Shown: positions 38,912-48,375 of the stretch, piece after piece
Layout: the number at the start of each line of letters is the position of its first letter
Numbering within the stretch: position 1 is the stretch's first letter
Sequence record: OZ346158.1
Length of the DNA: 64,000 bases
Reading direction: 5' to 3' (one strand)
Source: a phage
Translations under genes and position numbers: made by a program
Notes under the pieces: generated by a model
Told to the model about the DNA's origin: nothing
Seen by the model: the letters and a program-made list of their open reading frames with translations, nothing else
Database searches by the model: none

Positions 38912-39753
38912 AAATAACATTGTGGCTTCGTGCAGTGATGCACGTCGAAAACCTCTTTAATTGACGGGAAGGCTAAGTTGACTTTTACACCTAAACATGG
39001 TAAAAGCTCAATATGCTAATCCGCAGCGAAGACTAAAGGGGTGTAGTTAAAATGGCTAGATCAGTTGATTATCACGGATATACCGTGTTTGATGATGGAA
39101 CAATACCTTTATCGAAACGTGATCATACAACAATGTTCTGTTTTGATAATGGTCGAGGTTACCTTTGCGTAACCATGTTCATCGAGGGGAAGCAGTGCAC
39201 AAAAGGTGTCCACCACTTGGTTGCTGAATGCTTTGTATCAAACCCTGATCCTGAAAGGCTCACATGGGTGAACCATAAGGACGGAAACAAATACAACAAT
39301 GCATACTGGAACCTTGAATGGACCACCCCTGGTGGAAATATCAAACACGCTTATGATAATGACCTCAGAGTAAGGCCAGTCGGTGAGTATAATGCCAACG
39401 CTGTACTGACCGAGGATGAGGTAACGGAGATTTGCGAACTGTTACAAAGTGGTTTACGACAATGCGAGATTAGGGATCTTGGGTATCCTTATGAGACGGT
39501 CAGAGCCATAAAGCAAAGAAGACAGTGGAAACATATCTCTAAAAACTACACCTGGTAGTAACGTTCAGAGACTATCGAAAGCATAGCGCCAACATAAATT
39601 GGTGCGAAGAAGCGAGTAGAGTAGGCCAGCAAGTGCGGTCGAAATGGGAGGTGCCTTGGTAACAAGGTAGTGAGATAGTCCGATCCATACAGGAAACTGT
39701 ATGGCTGTGCACGTAATGGTGCGGGGTAGCTTAACGACCTACCTGAACTATTG
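38912..39753 (+). ncRNA. putative group I self-splicing intron interrupting the DNA polymerase gene
   Basis: 5' exon ends in U, intron ends in G; P1 possible between exon CCAU+AA and UUGUGG at 38920..38925 (U-G wobble at splice site); P2-like hairpin CGTGCA-GTGA-TGCACG; P7-like AGACUA (39568) / UAGUC (39676); P9-like hairpin CCATACAG-GAAA-CTGTATGG; contains HNH ORF. Confidence 0.7.
39052..39558 (+). CDS. HNH homing endonuclease (intron-encoded)
   Basis: 168 aa; HNH motif HHLVAECF...VNHKDGNKYNNAYWNLEW; lies inside the putative intron. Confidence 0.8.
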   Translation: MARSVDYHGYTVFDDGTIPLSKRDHTTMFCFDNGRGYLCVTMFIEGKQCTKGVHHLVAECFVSNPDPERLTWVNHKDGNKYNNAYWNLEWTTPGGNIKHAYDNDLRVRPVGEYNANAVLTEDEVTEICELLQSGLRQCEIRDLGYPYETVRAIKQRRQWKHISKNYTW

Positions 39754-40107
39754 GATGAGTACCAACTTCAGGTCCCTGACACACCTAAGTATAAGACTGT
39801 GTACACCTTCGACACAATTGAAGAATTGGAAGCATTTAAGGCAGAGCAGGAGGCCAAACTTCATGTGTTCGACGGTCATAAGTACAAAAAGGCACGCAAG
39901 GATGAAAACGGAAACGAAGTGGTTGACAGAGACGGAAACACGGTGTACGATCCTATCCTGAACGATGACGGAAAGCTTGAACTTATCTGGAGCCCTGTGG
40001 GTGAAATGGTGGTGCATTGCTTCTGGCAAGCTTCTAAAATGATGGGCGTTCCATTCCAGATCACAGGTGAATACTTGTGCGGTCGTAACTGGGGTGATTG
40101 TCACTAA
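39754..40107 (+). CDS. DNA polymerase family A, exon 2 (motif C and C-terminus)
   Basis: Begins DEYQLQVPD, so the spliced junction reads YYH|DEYQLQV (motif C HDE); ends ...GRNWGDCH resembling Pol I-family C-termini; no convincing independent start/RBS. Confidence 0.7.
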   Translation, partial: DEYQLQVPDTPKYKTVYTFDTIEELEAFKAEQEAKLHVFDGHKYKKARKDENGNEVVDRDGNTVYDPILNDDGKLELIWSPVGEMVVHCFWQASKMMGVPFQITGEYLCGRNWGDCH

Positions 40108-40156
40108 TGTAAACTATCAGCACAGGGAGGTGCTGTTGAGCAAAGAGGAGACTTTT

Positions 40157-40441
40157 ATGGTAGTAGAGCCAACAAAAACATTTACATCCATGACCATTCC
40201 TGTTATTATGCAGGTGGAGTGTGTTCAGGTATCTCAAGTGTGGCCTGGCACCAAAATCCCAACAGGGCCTGATTTCTTTCAGGTTGGGAAAGTGTACAAT
40301 GTCTGGAAGGCACCAGATTGTTACCCTTTCATTAAAGATGACCGTGGGATGCTGTGGTATCTTGGAAATGACTTGACACTGCACCTTGGGAATGCTATTA
40401 TTGCAGTATTCAGACTTAACAAGAAGGAGACCGATCAATGA
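40157..40441 (+). CDS. hypothetical protein
   Basis: ATG 6 nt after AAGAGGAG RBS. Confidence 0.5.
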   Translation: MVVEPTKTFTSMTIPVIMQVECVQVSQVWPGTKIPTGPDFFQVGKVYNVWKAPDCYPFIKDDRGMLWYLGNDLTLHLGNAIIAVFRLNKKETDQ

Positions 40442-40665
40442 CGACTTTGGTTAAAGCTACCTTTGTAGAAGAAAAGATGACAGACCTGTCATTCTTTAAA
40501 GAAGGAAAGACCTACGAGGTTTATTACGATAAAGCTCGTGCAAACAAAATGATTAAAGACGAGGAAGGGGTTGCCTGGTATATCTCTCACCTGGCAAACG
40601 GTGAGTATCATATCTACGGAACCACTTTGCTTGCCAAGTTTGTAGTTGTTGAAGAGGACCTATGA
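40438..40665 (+). CDS. hypothetical protein
   Basis: 75 aa, ATGA coupling. Confidence 0.5.
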   Translation: MTTLVKATFVEEKMTDLSFFKEGKTYEVYYDKARANKMIKDEEGVAWYISHLANGEYHIYGTTLLAKFVVVEEDL

Positions 40666-40856
40666 AAGTAAAGTATCTTGCTGAAGGTATGAATAGGTAT
40701 TTTACCCTTGGTGAAGAATATTGGCCCTTTACAAACAACGGTGATGTCTACGTGAAAGATAATTTCGGCACGCCGTGGTTTCTGCACTCTAATGGGCTGG
40801 GATACTCCATTTACTGCGGTGCAGTGAACAACACAACTCTTGCAGAGTTCGTTTAG
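40662..40856 (+). CDS. hypothetical protein
   Basis: 64 aa, coupled; shares an aromatic/Gly pattern with neighbouring small proteins. Confidence 0.45.
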   Translation: MKVKYLAEGMNRYFTLGEEYWPFTNNGDVYVKDNFGTPWFLHSNGLGYSIYCGAVNNTTLAEFV

Positions 40857-40866
40857 AGGAGGTAGG

Positions 40867-41238
40867 ATGTTAGTAAAAGGTACCCATACAGTCAAACAAC
40901 GTATTGAAGTTGAGATTGATGATTGTGAGCTGAAGCATATTTTACGGTCATGCTCCAACGTTTTGCTCCTTAGTATTCTCCAGGAGCGAGCGGAGAACGA
41001 GTTCTTAAATGCACTGGCAGGCCGCCCTGGTGATTTCTGTGTGCGTAAGCGTGGTGACAACAAGTCATGGCTGTGGGAGATAGACGCAGAATGGGATTAC
41101 CATAAAAATGAGGGTATAGATGAACCTATTCGTGAATTGACGGACAACGAGGTTCAGATGTACAATGAAGTTTGTCAGTGGGCAAAAAGTCAACAAACTT
41201 ATCTTGATCCTTGGTGGATGATCGAAAATAGTCGTTGA
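40867..41238 (+). CDS. hypothetical protein
   Basis: ATG after GAGGAGG RBS. Confidence 0.5.
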   Translation: MLVKGTHTVKQRIEVEIDDCELKHILRSCSNVLLLSILQERAENEFLNALAGRPGDFCVRKRGDNKSWLWEIDAEWDYHKNEGIDEPIRELTDNEVQMYNEVCQWAKSQQTYLDPWWMIENSR

Positions 41239-41314
41239 CAGGAAGTAAGATTAGATATAAGATGCTTCACACAAACAGAGCGTTGATTGTTTAACACTTA
41301 AGGAGACCGCTAAG

Positions 41315-41569
41315 ATGAAAATTACTCTGAAGCCAGAATGCGTTGAAAATGACCGAGCTTTTAAAGATTGCACAATCGGTGCAATTTATGAAGCAGAGTT
41401 TTGTGAGAACCCTTTGGTAAAAGCCCTTCTGGAAGAAGGGGCCCCTTTATCACAAGAAGAGATCGATGAGCTGGAAAACTCAGCACAGTGCCTTACCTTT
41501 AAAGATGATGAAGGAGACTCTGTCTGGTGCACTGTTAATGAAGTCGTTTTTGTAAAACCTGAACATTAA
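41315..41569 (+). CDS. hypothetical acidic protein
   Basis: 84 aa, AAGGAGA RBS. Confidence 0.5.
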   Translation: MKITLKPECVENDRAFKDCTIGAIYEAEFCENPLVKALLEEGAPLSQEEIDELENSAQCLTFKDDEGDSVWCTVNEVVFVKPEH

Positions 41570-41632
41570 TACTTGACAACAGCGATAGGACCTAATACAA
41601 TGGTCCTATCAAAACGAAAGGGGACCACAACA

Positions 41633-41905
41633 ATGACCAAACAATACCAACGAATTAAAGCCAAGGTTAAGCCAGACTATCTGGAGAAGGACTCTGCTTT
41701 TCGGGACTGCACAGCTGACAAAGTTTACACAGGGGCCGTCCTGCTGAACGATGAACTTGAAGTAGATATTCTTGGTAAAGAGGCCACTATTAAGGACGAC
41801 CAAGGCGATTATGTTTGCTGCACCACACGTGAGCTAGAAATCTTAGAATACTTCGGTGAAATCTTCACCTCTCTTGATGATTACTTAGATGATGAGGAAG
41901 CGTGA
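41633..41905 (+). CDS. hypothetical protein (paralogue-like of 41315..41569)
   Basis: ATG after AAAGGGGA; shares motif K.D.AF(K/R)DCT with preceding gene; TTGACA-17-TACAAT promoter and leader hairpin upstream. Confidence 0.5.
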   Translation: MTKQYQRIKAKVKPDYLEKDSAFRDCTADKVYTGAVLLNDELEVDILGKEATIKDDQGDYVCCTTRELEILEYFGEIFTSLDDYLDDEEA

Positions 41906-42294
41906 TGAAAAATATTTGGGATATCGATATCTTTGAAGCCTCTAAGCTTGATGGTGCTGATGGAGTGATTATGGTGTCTGATGGCAAGGCAACACTAACT
42001 TCTGGGGATATCATCTATGCCTTGGACGAGCTGGCGCTTCTGAAATCTACCGGTAACACTTTAGAGGAGCGTCTTCAAGGCTTCGCCTTCAAAGAAGGCA
42101 CAAATACCGCCATGATGTGCACCACACGGACAGTTCAAGTTGGTAACGGTGTCTATATGATCATTGCTGTGTGTCCTAAATTCAGCAACGTCAACAAAGA
42201 TGATGCTGACGCTGTCAACGATGTGGTTGTTCTCTTCGTGGGTGACGCTATGGCAGATCTGATGAATGCAGGAGAAGCAGCAAATGAAGACTGA
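41902..42294 (+). CDS. hypothetical protein
   Basis: 130 aa, coupled start. Confidence 0.5.
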   Translation: MMKNIWDIDIFEASKLDGADGVIMVSDGKATLTSGDIIYALDELALLKSTGNTLEERLQGFAFKEGTNTAMMCTTRTVQVGNGVYMIIAVCPKFSNVNKDDADAVNDVVVLFVGDAMADLMNAGEAANED

Positions 42295-42586
42295 AAACAT
42301 CACCCCCGCAGGGTTCTTAAAAGTATACCGTGAACTGCTATATACTACAGAGGACAGTGTTCTAGAGTATCCAGAATATCTTTTGCTGTATAAGTATCTG
42401 CAGGAGGCTGGTGAAAATCTGCCAGTTAGTGCAGAAGGTGGTCCGAACTGGATATACAGCGCATGGAGAAAGGTTGACATTCTCCCCGACCCAGGTAAAG
42501 ATATGGTAGTTTGGCAGCTTATTAACAACATCGGGATTCCAATCTTTGATGAAGCTGTTAAAATCTATTTTGAACTTGACGATTAA
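42284..42586 (+). CDS. hypothetical protein
   Basis: ATG 6 nt after AGGAGAAG. Confidence 0.45.
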   Translation: MKTENITPAGFLKVYRELLYTTEDSVLEYPEYLLLYKYLQEAGENLPVSAEGGPNWIYSAWRKVDILPDPGKDMVVWQLINNIGIPIFDEAVKIYFELDD

Positions 42587-42603
42587 TATCAGGAGACCTT
42601 AAG

Positions 42604-42849
42604 ATGACTGAAGTAGTTGCTCGCGCAGGACAGAAAGTACGTTGTGTTGAAGTAGGTTTTGGTGGCAAAGGGTGTCAAAACTTGACTCAAGGTAAGGAAT
42701 ACGCTGTTATTTCTGGTGGTGGCGACGAAAGTATTGTGTTCGAGGGCCACATCCTGGATGCTGAAAACTTTGAAATCTTTGACGACGATGGGGATCCGAT
42801 CACCTGCCTGCTGGACGGGAATTGGGGAACTTTCGAAGTGATTGGCTAA
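42604..42849 (+). CDS. hypothetical protein
   Basis: 81 aa, AGGAGA RBS. Confidence 0.5.
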   Translation: MTEVVARAGQKVRCVEVGFGGKGCQNLTQGKEYAVISGGGDESIVFEGHILDAENFEIFDDDGDPITCLLDGNWGTFEVIG

Positions 42850-42932
42850 CAAATACCTATTGTAATTTACAGAAGGGGATGCTAAAATAGTGTCTCCTTC
42901 TATGTTGTTCAAATAAAATCGGAGATTCCATA

Positions 42933-43298
42933 ATGGAACAAATGAACGATCAAGCGTCGGTTGCGATGAACGAGCAAGAACAACCTCAAGAATTTTTCTT
43001 AGGGTTAAGTAAAGATCAAGTGTCTCTTTTGCTAGTGCTTTCTTCTTTCATGGGAAGACTTCAGGAGCTCACACAACAACCGGAGGCTGAACAATTATTT
43101 CAGGCTCTGCGTGAAGAAGAAAAATATCGTCGTTTGGACTATGCCTTAGGTTGGGTAGCTCAACAACGAGATATGCTGATGGCCCTCTCTGGGACCACAA
43201 GTTTTGCAATGGGCCTGTTGGCTCAAGTTCAGGACAAATTAATTCAAGCAGGGTTTGCACACACGGCAAACACTAACGAAGAACAAGGAGACAAATAA
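42933..43298 (+). CDS. hypothetical protein
   Basis: 121 aa, GGAGA RBS. Confidence 0.5.
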   Translation: MEQMNDQASVAMNEQEQPQEFFLGLSKDQVSLLLVLSSFMGRLQELTQQPEAEQLFQALREEEKYRRLDYALGWVAQQRDMLMALSGTTSFAMGLLAQVQDKLIQAGFAHTANTNEEQGDK

Positions 43299-44569
43299 TG
43301 AGCGTTATTCAACAATTCGCTAACCCGATGAATCCGCGTGAAACTGTTTTACTGGCTCACGGCATGATTAAACGCGTCAGCATCAAGCCTATCAAAGGTG
43401 CTGATCCTACAACAGGTATTAAAACCACTGTGTGGCAAGGTAAGAAAATTGAGTCCAGCCACACCATCTCTTTACTGATTTCTGAACTGGATTCCTCTGA
43501 TAACCTGCTTCAAGGTGGTGAAGAAGTCTGGATCAGCATGGGTGATAAACTGCTTAAACCGGGTCATCAAGACTCTGTCTCTGTTAAGATTGATGACAAG
43601 TGGGAAACCGTAACGCCAGGATGGATCGTAAATATCCCTTTGAAGGCAAACGAGCATAACGGTAAGACCTACTACAAGGGCTCACTGGCTAAGATGGTTA
43701 AGCTGGGTGCAGGGGAGGCTCCAGCAGCGACTCAGCAGCAAAAACAGCAACAAGGTGCACAATCACAAGGCCAGAAGCAGAAACCTCAGCAGAATGCCAA
43801 TCAGGACGTTTTACGCATCTATGGCGATGTGACTCAGATTGTTGGCAACGTGGTTACTGTTAATGACCACAAGATTGGCGAAGGTGCTATGGTTGTCACT
43901 GATGAGCAGCTTAAAGACCTGGTGGTAGGTGGTCGTGTTGCAGCCATTGTTGACAAAGACACCGGAAACATTATCAGTGGTTTCAAAGCCTACCCACCTA
44001 AGGCAGAGAACGGCACTCAAGGCTCTGGTGGCAAGCGTAAATCCTCTTACGACCCTATTGGTGTGGAGACGGGACATAGCATCAATGCGTTGCAAATCAT
44101 CCTGGATCGCGGGTTTAAGGTAGACGACCCACTAGGTGTGGCTAAAACACTGCACGTAGTCACCATTGAGCTTAAGAAAGAGTATGCTCAAGCCACCAAC
44201 CGAACTGAAGATGAAGTAGGTGCCAGTGTCGGTAATGCGGTGTTGAACGCTTGTCGCCGTATTGACAAGAAAACGAAAGTTGATGATTTTGCAGCGGCAA
44301 TTACTGCAGAAGCAAAAGATGTCTTGACTAATCTGGCTGAGCCGTTGTACGATTGGATCAAGAACGGTGCTGGGTCCACTGACCATCAAGAACCTCAAGC
44401 TGCCAAACAGGAAGCTGCTTCACAGCAAAATACTGTAGACGCTCCTCCTGTAAATGACGAGGAAGATGACCCAATGGATCAGAATCCAGCACAGTATGAC
44501 TTCTGTGATGACATACCTTTCGCTCCGGTGGGTTTGCAATATGGCAAAAGTAGAATCCACGCATTGTAA
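43298..44569 (+). CDS. putative ssDNA-binding protein with SSB-like acidic tail
   Basis: 423 aa; Gln-rich linker; ...YDFCDDIPF near C-terminus matches the E. coli SSB tail DFDDDIPF, but is followed by 16 extra residues; in replication block. Confidence 0.5.
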   Translation: MSVIQQFANPMNPRETVLLAHGMIKRVSIKPIKGADPTTGIKTTVWQGKKIESSHTISLLISELDSSDNLLQGGEEVWISMGDKLLKPGHQDSVSVKIDDKWETVTPGWIVNIPLKANEHNGKTYYKGSLAKMVKLGAGEAPAATQQQKQQQGAQSQGQKQKPQQNANQDVLRIYGDVTQIVGNVVTVNDHKIGEGAMVVTDEQLKDLVVGGRVAAIVDKDTGNIISGFKAYPPKAENGTQGSGGKRKSSYDPIGVETGHSINALQIILDRGFKVDDPLGVAKTLHVVTIELKKEYAQATNRTEDEVGASVGNAVLNACRRIDKKTKVDDFAAAITAEAKDVLTNLAEPLYDWIKNGAGSTDHQEPQAAKQEAASQQNTVDAPPVNDEEDDPMDQNPAQYDFCDDIPFAPVGLQYGKSRIHAL

Positions 44570-45164
44570 GAGGTGCATCAAGTGTGGAGAGGTGAAAAAC
44601 CTCTCCGAGTTCTACAAACATCCAAAGATGTCTGACGGTCATCTTAATAAGTGCAAAGAGTGTTGCAAGAAGGCCAGCAGGGAGGCTGACCAATTTTCCC
44701 ACGACTCTTCAGAAAAAGGTGTGATCCGCGTGTTGTACAAGACTCAAAAGTGCAACAGTAAGAAGAGAGGTCACCCACCTCCGACTTACACCAAAAAAGA
44801 GTTTAAGGAGTGGCTATACCTAAACGGTTACAAAGAGTTGTATGATCAATGGGTAGCCAGCGGATACGACAAAAGGAAAAAGCCTTCTTGTGACAGGATA
44901 GATGATTTCAAAGGGTACTCTTTTGATAATATCCGTTTAACGACTTGGGGAGAAAATAAAGACAAGCAGACAGAGGATATTCTGTTACATAGAAGCACCA
45001 GCGGTAGACGGTGCAAAAATGTAAGGAGGTTGGACATGAATGGTAACGTTCTTAAAGAATGGGTATCCCACAATTCTTGCCGAAGAGAAACAGGGATATG
45101 TGTTGATTACTACATTCATGAAAAAATTCCAGCTCCCGATGGATACCTCTATGAATACTTCTAA
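44541..45164 (+). CDS. zinc-finger protein, possible free-standing homing endonuclease-like
   Basis: Start at ATG 44541 overlapping end of SSB-like gene; N-terminal CKRC...[13 protein letters not shown]...CKEC zinc-finger pattern seen in phage endonuclease-type proteins. Confidence 0.45.
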   Translation: MAKVESTHCKRCIKCGEVKNLSEFYKHPKMSDGHLNKCKECCKKASREADQFSHDSSEKGVIRVLYKTQKCNSKKRGHPPPTYTKKEFKEWLYLNGYKELYDQWVASGYDKRKKPSCDRIDDFKGYSFDNIRLTTWGENKDKQTEDILLHRSTSGRRCKNVRRLDMNGNVLKEWVSHNSCRRETGICVDYYIHEKIPAPDGYLYEYF

Positions 45165-45179
45165 CATCTAGTTAACATA

Positions 45180-45209
45180 GCCCTGCCCGAAAGGGTGGGG
45201 CATTTTTGT
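45180..45209 (+). terminator. rho-independent terminator (copy of 33552 hairpin)
   Basis: GCCCTGCCC-GAAA-GGGTGGGGC followed by ATTTTTG. Confidence 0.7.
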
Positions 45210-45226
45210 ATAAGGAGATCTGAAAA

Positions 45227-45643
45227 ATGACATTAGAAGATATCATTGTTAAGCCTGAGAACTATGACCAATACAACCTGTCAACTCAATCTGTAGACCT
45301 TGGATGCGCCACGGTCAGTGCGTGGCTGGTTAACGGAAAAGAGCTGGATAAATGCTTAGAAGCTCACATGTCTATTAACAAGTTTCTGGATGAAAATACT
45401 CACTGGCTTGAGGGTGCAGGCGTATATGCTTCATGGTTGGAGAGTATGGGATTCGACTACCAATCTGAAGAGGGGTGGTGGAGCTATTTAGCTATCTGCC
45501 CAGAGACGCTGCAATGCTTCATGAAATATTCTGAAGATTTAGAGTATCGCGCTGTGGTTGACAGTGCTATTGCCCGTTATAGCCGTAAACCTTTTTCCCA
45601 CGACATTAAAACTGTGGAAGAGTTTGTTGAAGTTTTCTGTTGA
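45227..45643 (+). CDS. hypothetical protein
   Basis: 138 aa, AAGGAGA RBS. Confidence 0.55.
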   Translation: MTLEDIIVKPENYDQYNLSTQSVDLGCATVSAWLVNGKELDKCLEAHMSINKFLDENTHWLEGAGVYASWLESMGFDYQSEEGWWSYLAICPETLQCFMKYSEDLEYRAVVDSAIARYSRKPFSHDIKTVEEFVEVFC

Positions 45644-45738
45644 CACAGGTTGAAAGGTGTGCAATTATAACTTCATAGACGGGAGGACGTGATGAACGAA
45701 GAAAACTGGGATGTATAACTAACAGGAGGCCACTGCCC

Positions 45739-45936
45739 ATGATTTATCGAATCCGTGTAAGAGAAGATGCACCAGGCTGTTACTTTGACTGGCGTGGGTG
45801 GTGGTTTCTCCACCCGATGGATGGACTCACAGATAGAATGCTGGATGCTGCCCTTTATACAGATACCGACATAGAATATAATCTCTATCTGAAGGACGGT
45901 ATAGATAACGGTCTATTTGAAGCAATTCCTGTGTAA
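45739..45936 (+). CDS. hypothetical protein
   Basis: 65 aa, AGGAGG RBS. Confidence 0.5.
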   Translation: MIYRIRVREDAPGCYFDWRGWWFLHPMDGLTDRMLDAALYTDTDIEYNLYLKDGIDNGLFEAIPV

Positions 45937-46004
45937 GAGACTGTGATAGCCATGTTTTATGATCTTCCTGTAGCACCACCACCTGTTGAACCCGGAGAAC
46001 TAAG

Positions 46005-46430
46005 ATGATCTATGAAATGCCAAAACTGATTCGTGATGATGCCCAAAACGCTCACACCATTATTATGGGCAAACGTATGGATATTATTTGTCATAAAGAT
46101 TTCTGGGAAGGAAGTTACTTCACAGAGTATTTTGGTAAACTGGACAATGGTCTGCTGATCCAGTTCTACACCGATGCGGAAAACAACATTCACTGGGAGT
46201 TCGAAACTGAAGATATCCATAAACTTTTCACCTTCCTCGGTATTAAGGTCGAGGCCAAGTTTGAAGAAGGTGAGTGCGACGATTGTGGATTCTATGAGGT
46301 AACAGATTTCTACCTTCCAAGTGGTAAAAATCTCTACTACGAAAGCCACTTCGGCAACTCAAATATGCCACAGGGTTGGGATGAGTTTTTGGAAATTGCA
46401 GAAGAGGAGCTGGAATACCGTGATTATTGA
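46005..46430 (+). CDS. hypothetical protein
   Basis: 141 aa, GGAGAA RBS-like. Confidence 0.5.
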   Translation: MIYEMPKLIRDDAQNAHTIIMGKRMDIICHKDFWEGSYFTEYFGKLDNGLLIQFYTDAENNIHWEFETEDIHKLFTFLGIKVEAKFEEGECDDCGFYEVTDFYLPSGKNLYYESHFGNSNMPQGWDEFLEIAEEELEYRDY

Positions 46431-46878
46431 TACTGTAAAGGGAGATCTAATCTCCATTTTCAAGAAAGGGTCAGGCCACATGATCCACGGTTGTAACTGC
46501 TTTCACACAATGGGTGCAGGTATAGCGAAAGATATTGCCCGTGAGTTCCCTCAAGCACTGGCAGCCGACAAAGAGACTGCTTATGGTAATCTAGACAAGC
46601 TGGGTATGTTTTCTTGTTGGGAGCATTTTGCCAAGGCCAGGGTCGTATATGGAATCAACCTGTATACCCAGTTCTACCCAGGGCCCAATGCTGAATACTT
46701 CTCAATCATGAAAGGTTTTGAGCGAGTCAACGAGGTATTCAAAGGTATGTCATTGCCGTTCTACATTCCTAAAATCGGATGCGGTATTGGAGGTCTAAAG
46801 TGGAAACATGTAGAAGATGTAATTAATCTTGCAACCACAGATATTGATGTGGTTGTAGTAGAGTACAAAAAGTGTTGA
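46420..46878 (+). CDS. macro-domain protein (Poa1p-like ADP-ribose-processing)
   Basis: GTG start after GAGGAG; motifs VKGDLISIF, IHGCNCFHTMGAGIAKDIAREFP and PKIGCGIGGLKW match the Macro_2/Poa1p pattern. Confidence 0.7.
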   Translation: MIIDTVKGDLISIFKKGSGHMIHGCNCFHTMGAGIAKDIAREFPQALAADKETAYGNLDKLGMFSCWEHFAKARVVYGINLYTQFYPGPNAEYFSIMKGFERVNEVFKGMSLPFYIPKIGCGIGGLKWKHVEDVINLATTDIDVVVVEYKKC

Positions 46879-47129
46879 CGACCATCTTCTGAGGTGATAT
46901 AGTTTCCACAACAACTAAGAGAGGAGAGCACTGTGGAGACTAAAATCTTAATTCTTGCTGTGGTAGATACAACCGAAGGAGCTATATTCGAATCTGCAGG
47001 AGGGTATTTCTACCTACCATACGGAAAAAGAACTTCCGAGCCAAGTAAAGATTCAATCCTCAAAGTGTTCCCGTGTGCTTTCTGGCTGGAGATTTTGGTA
47101 TAAGATTGCAGATGATTTGGGAGAGAATT

Positions 47130-47324
47130 ATGAGAAACAAGAAAGAACTTTACTCTGGTGAGTGGATCAACGATCAACAGGTGGGAGAGGTAACCTGCTT
47201 CCGATGTTTTACCAGGTACAATCTTAAAACTGCACCAAAAAGTGTTCCAAAGACTGATGGTTATTATATAAAAGAACCTCATTGCCCAAAATGTAAATGC
47301 CGATTGTACTGGAGCAATCTGTAA
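47130..47324 (+). CDS. small zinc-ribbon protein
   Basis: ATG after GGGAGAG; CFRCF ... CPKCKC cysteine pairs. Confidence 0.45.
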   Translation: MRNKKELYSGEWINDQQVGEVTCFRCFTRYNLKTAPKSVPKTDGYYIKEPHCPKCKCRLYWSNL

Positions 47325-47387
47325 GAGGTTGACATCTGAAAACTGCAGTGTATAATATACGCATAAACTAACAGAGAGCGATGTATT

Positions 47388-47579
47388 ATGGTAATTTTTA
47401 ACCGAGATGGTATCATAGTTAGACAGCACCCGTTCCTTGAATACTATCAAATTGAGCAATGGTGCTACGGGGATTGCAGTCACTCCTATGGGCAAAGTTG
47501 GGGATACCGTACAGTTTTTGAATCCACAGACCTTGACAAAGTAAGACAGAAAGTTTTAGAACTTATTAACAACAAGTGA
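47388..47579 (+). CDS. hypothetical protein
   Basis: 63-aa ORF. Confidence 0.4.
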   Translation: MVIFNRDGIIVRQHPFLEYYQIEQWCYGDCSHSYGQSWGYRTVFESTDLDKVRQKVLELINNK

Positions 47580-47586
47580 GTATGAT

Positions 47587-47919
47587 ATGGTAACATTAGA
47601 AAGACGTAAAGCTATTGCCGCCACACTGGCAGACATCTTTTGGGATTGTAATTTAAAATCTACCCGAAATTGTGGCGCATCTGTAGATGTATTATTCCCA
47701 CGGCCTACTATTGTTGCAATGGGCAACCTTCTTGATGTGGTATATGGAGCATGGGACAAGGAAGGTGGATTCTATATCTGGCAACCTGACTACGGGACTT
47801 GGAAAGAGGTTAGTGGTTCTACGGACTTCACTCCTGCAGTGGCTAAAATGGATGGCTGGAAAATCTATGTCGGTAACGACATGGAACTGAAAGGCGAAAT
47901 TGTTTACTGGTTACCTTAA
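47587..47919 (+). CDS. hypothetical protein
   Basis: 110-aa ORF. Confidence 0.45.
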   Translation: MVTLERRKAIAATLADIFWDCNLKSTRNCGASVDVLFPRPTIVAMGNLLDVVYGAWDKEGGFYIWQPDYGTWKEVSGSTDFTPAVAKMDGWKIYVGNDMELKGEIVYWLP

Positions 47920-47939
47920 GAAAGTGCAGGAGATAAAGT

Positions 47940-48185
47940 ATGAACAAAGGGTGGACATTTGTAGACGGCGTTGAAAACATGCCTCTAGGAAAGTATATTG
48001 TAGCCATGGCAGATGAGAATGGCAAGGTTGATTTCGGAGCTTGCGAGATTGTTCTTGCAGGATCTGGTGACCATGTGCACAAAACTGGGATAATTAACGG
48101 TCATTTCTACTTTGATTACAACCCTGTTGTGGCGTATATGGCTATGCCAGAGTTAGAGCTCCCAAAGGAGGGTGCAGATGTTTAA
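47940..48185 (+). CDS. hypothetical protein
   Basis: 81 aa, GGAGA RBS. Confidence 0.5.
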   Translation: MNKGWTFVDGVENMPLGKYIVAMADENGKVDFGACEIVLAGSGDHVHKTGIINGHFYFDYNPVVAYMAMPELELPKEGADV

Positions 48186-48375
48186 GCTTAAATCTGCATG
48201 GAACATCGCTGTGGGGGATGAGATCCGCATCCCAGGTGGAAAGACCATTATGAAGATATCACGTATCGAGTATGAAGGTGATCGTGTATTTCATATCTTT
48301 GCAGAAGATGGTCGAGAAATTTATATACAGGCAGGCTCTCACATCTATATCAGTAAGAAAGGGGACGACAAATGA
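48172..48375 (+). CDS. hypothetical protein
   Basis: 67 aa, AGGAGGG RBS, overlaps upstream end. Confidence 0.45.
   Translation: MQMFKLKSAWNIAVGDEIRIPGGKTIMKISRIEYEGDRVFHIFAEDGREIYIQAGSHIYISKKGDDK

Noticed and set aside
38918-39051. Intergenic gap after the polymerase stop treated as ordinary spacer
   Set aside because: Rejected the simple-spacer reading because the polymerase frame lacks motif C while the downstream ORF supplies HDE in-frame after removal of an 842-nt intron-like interval
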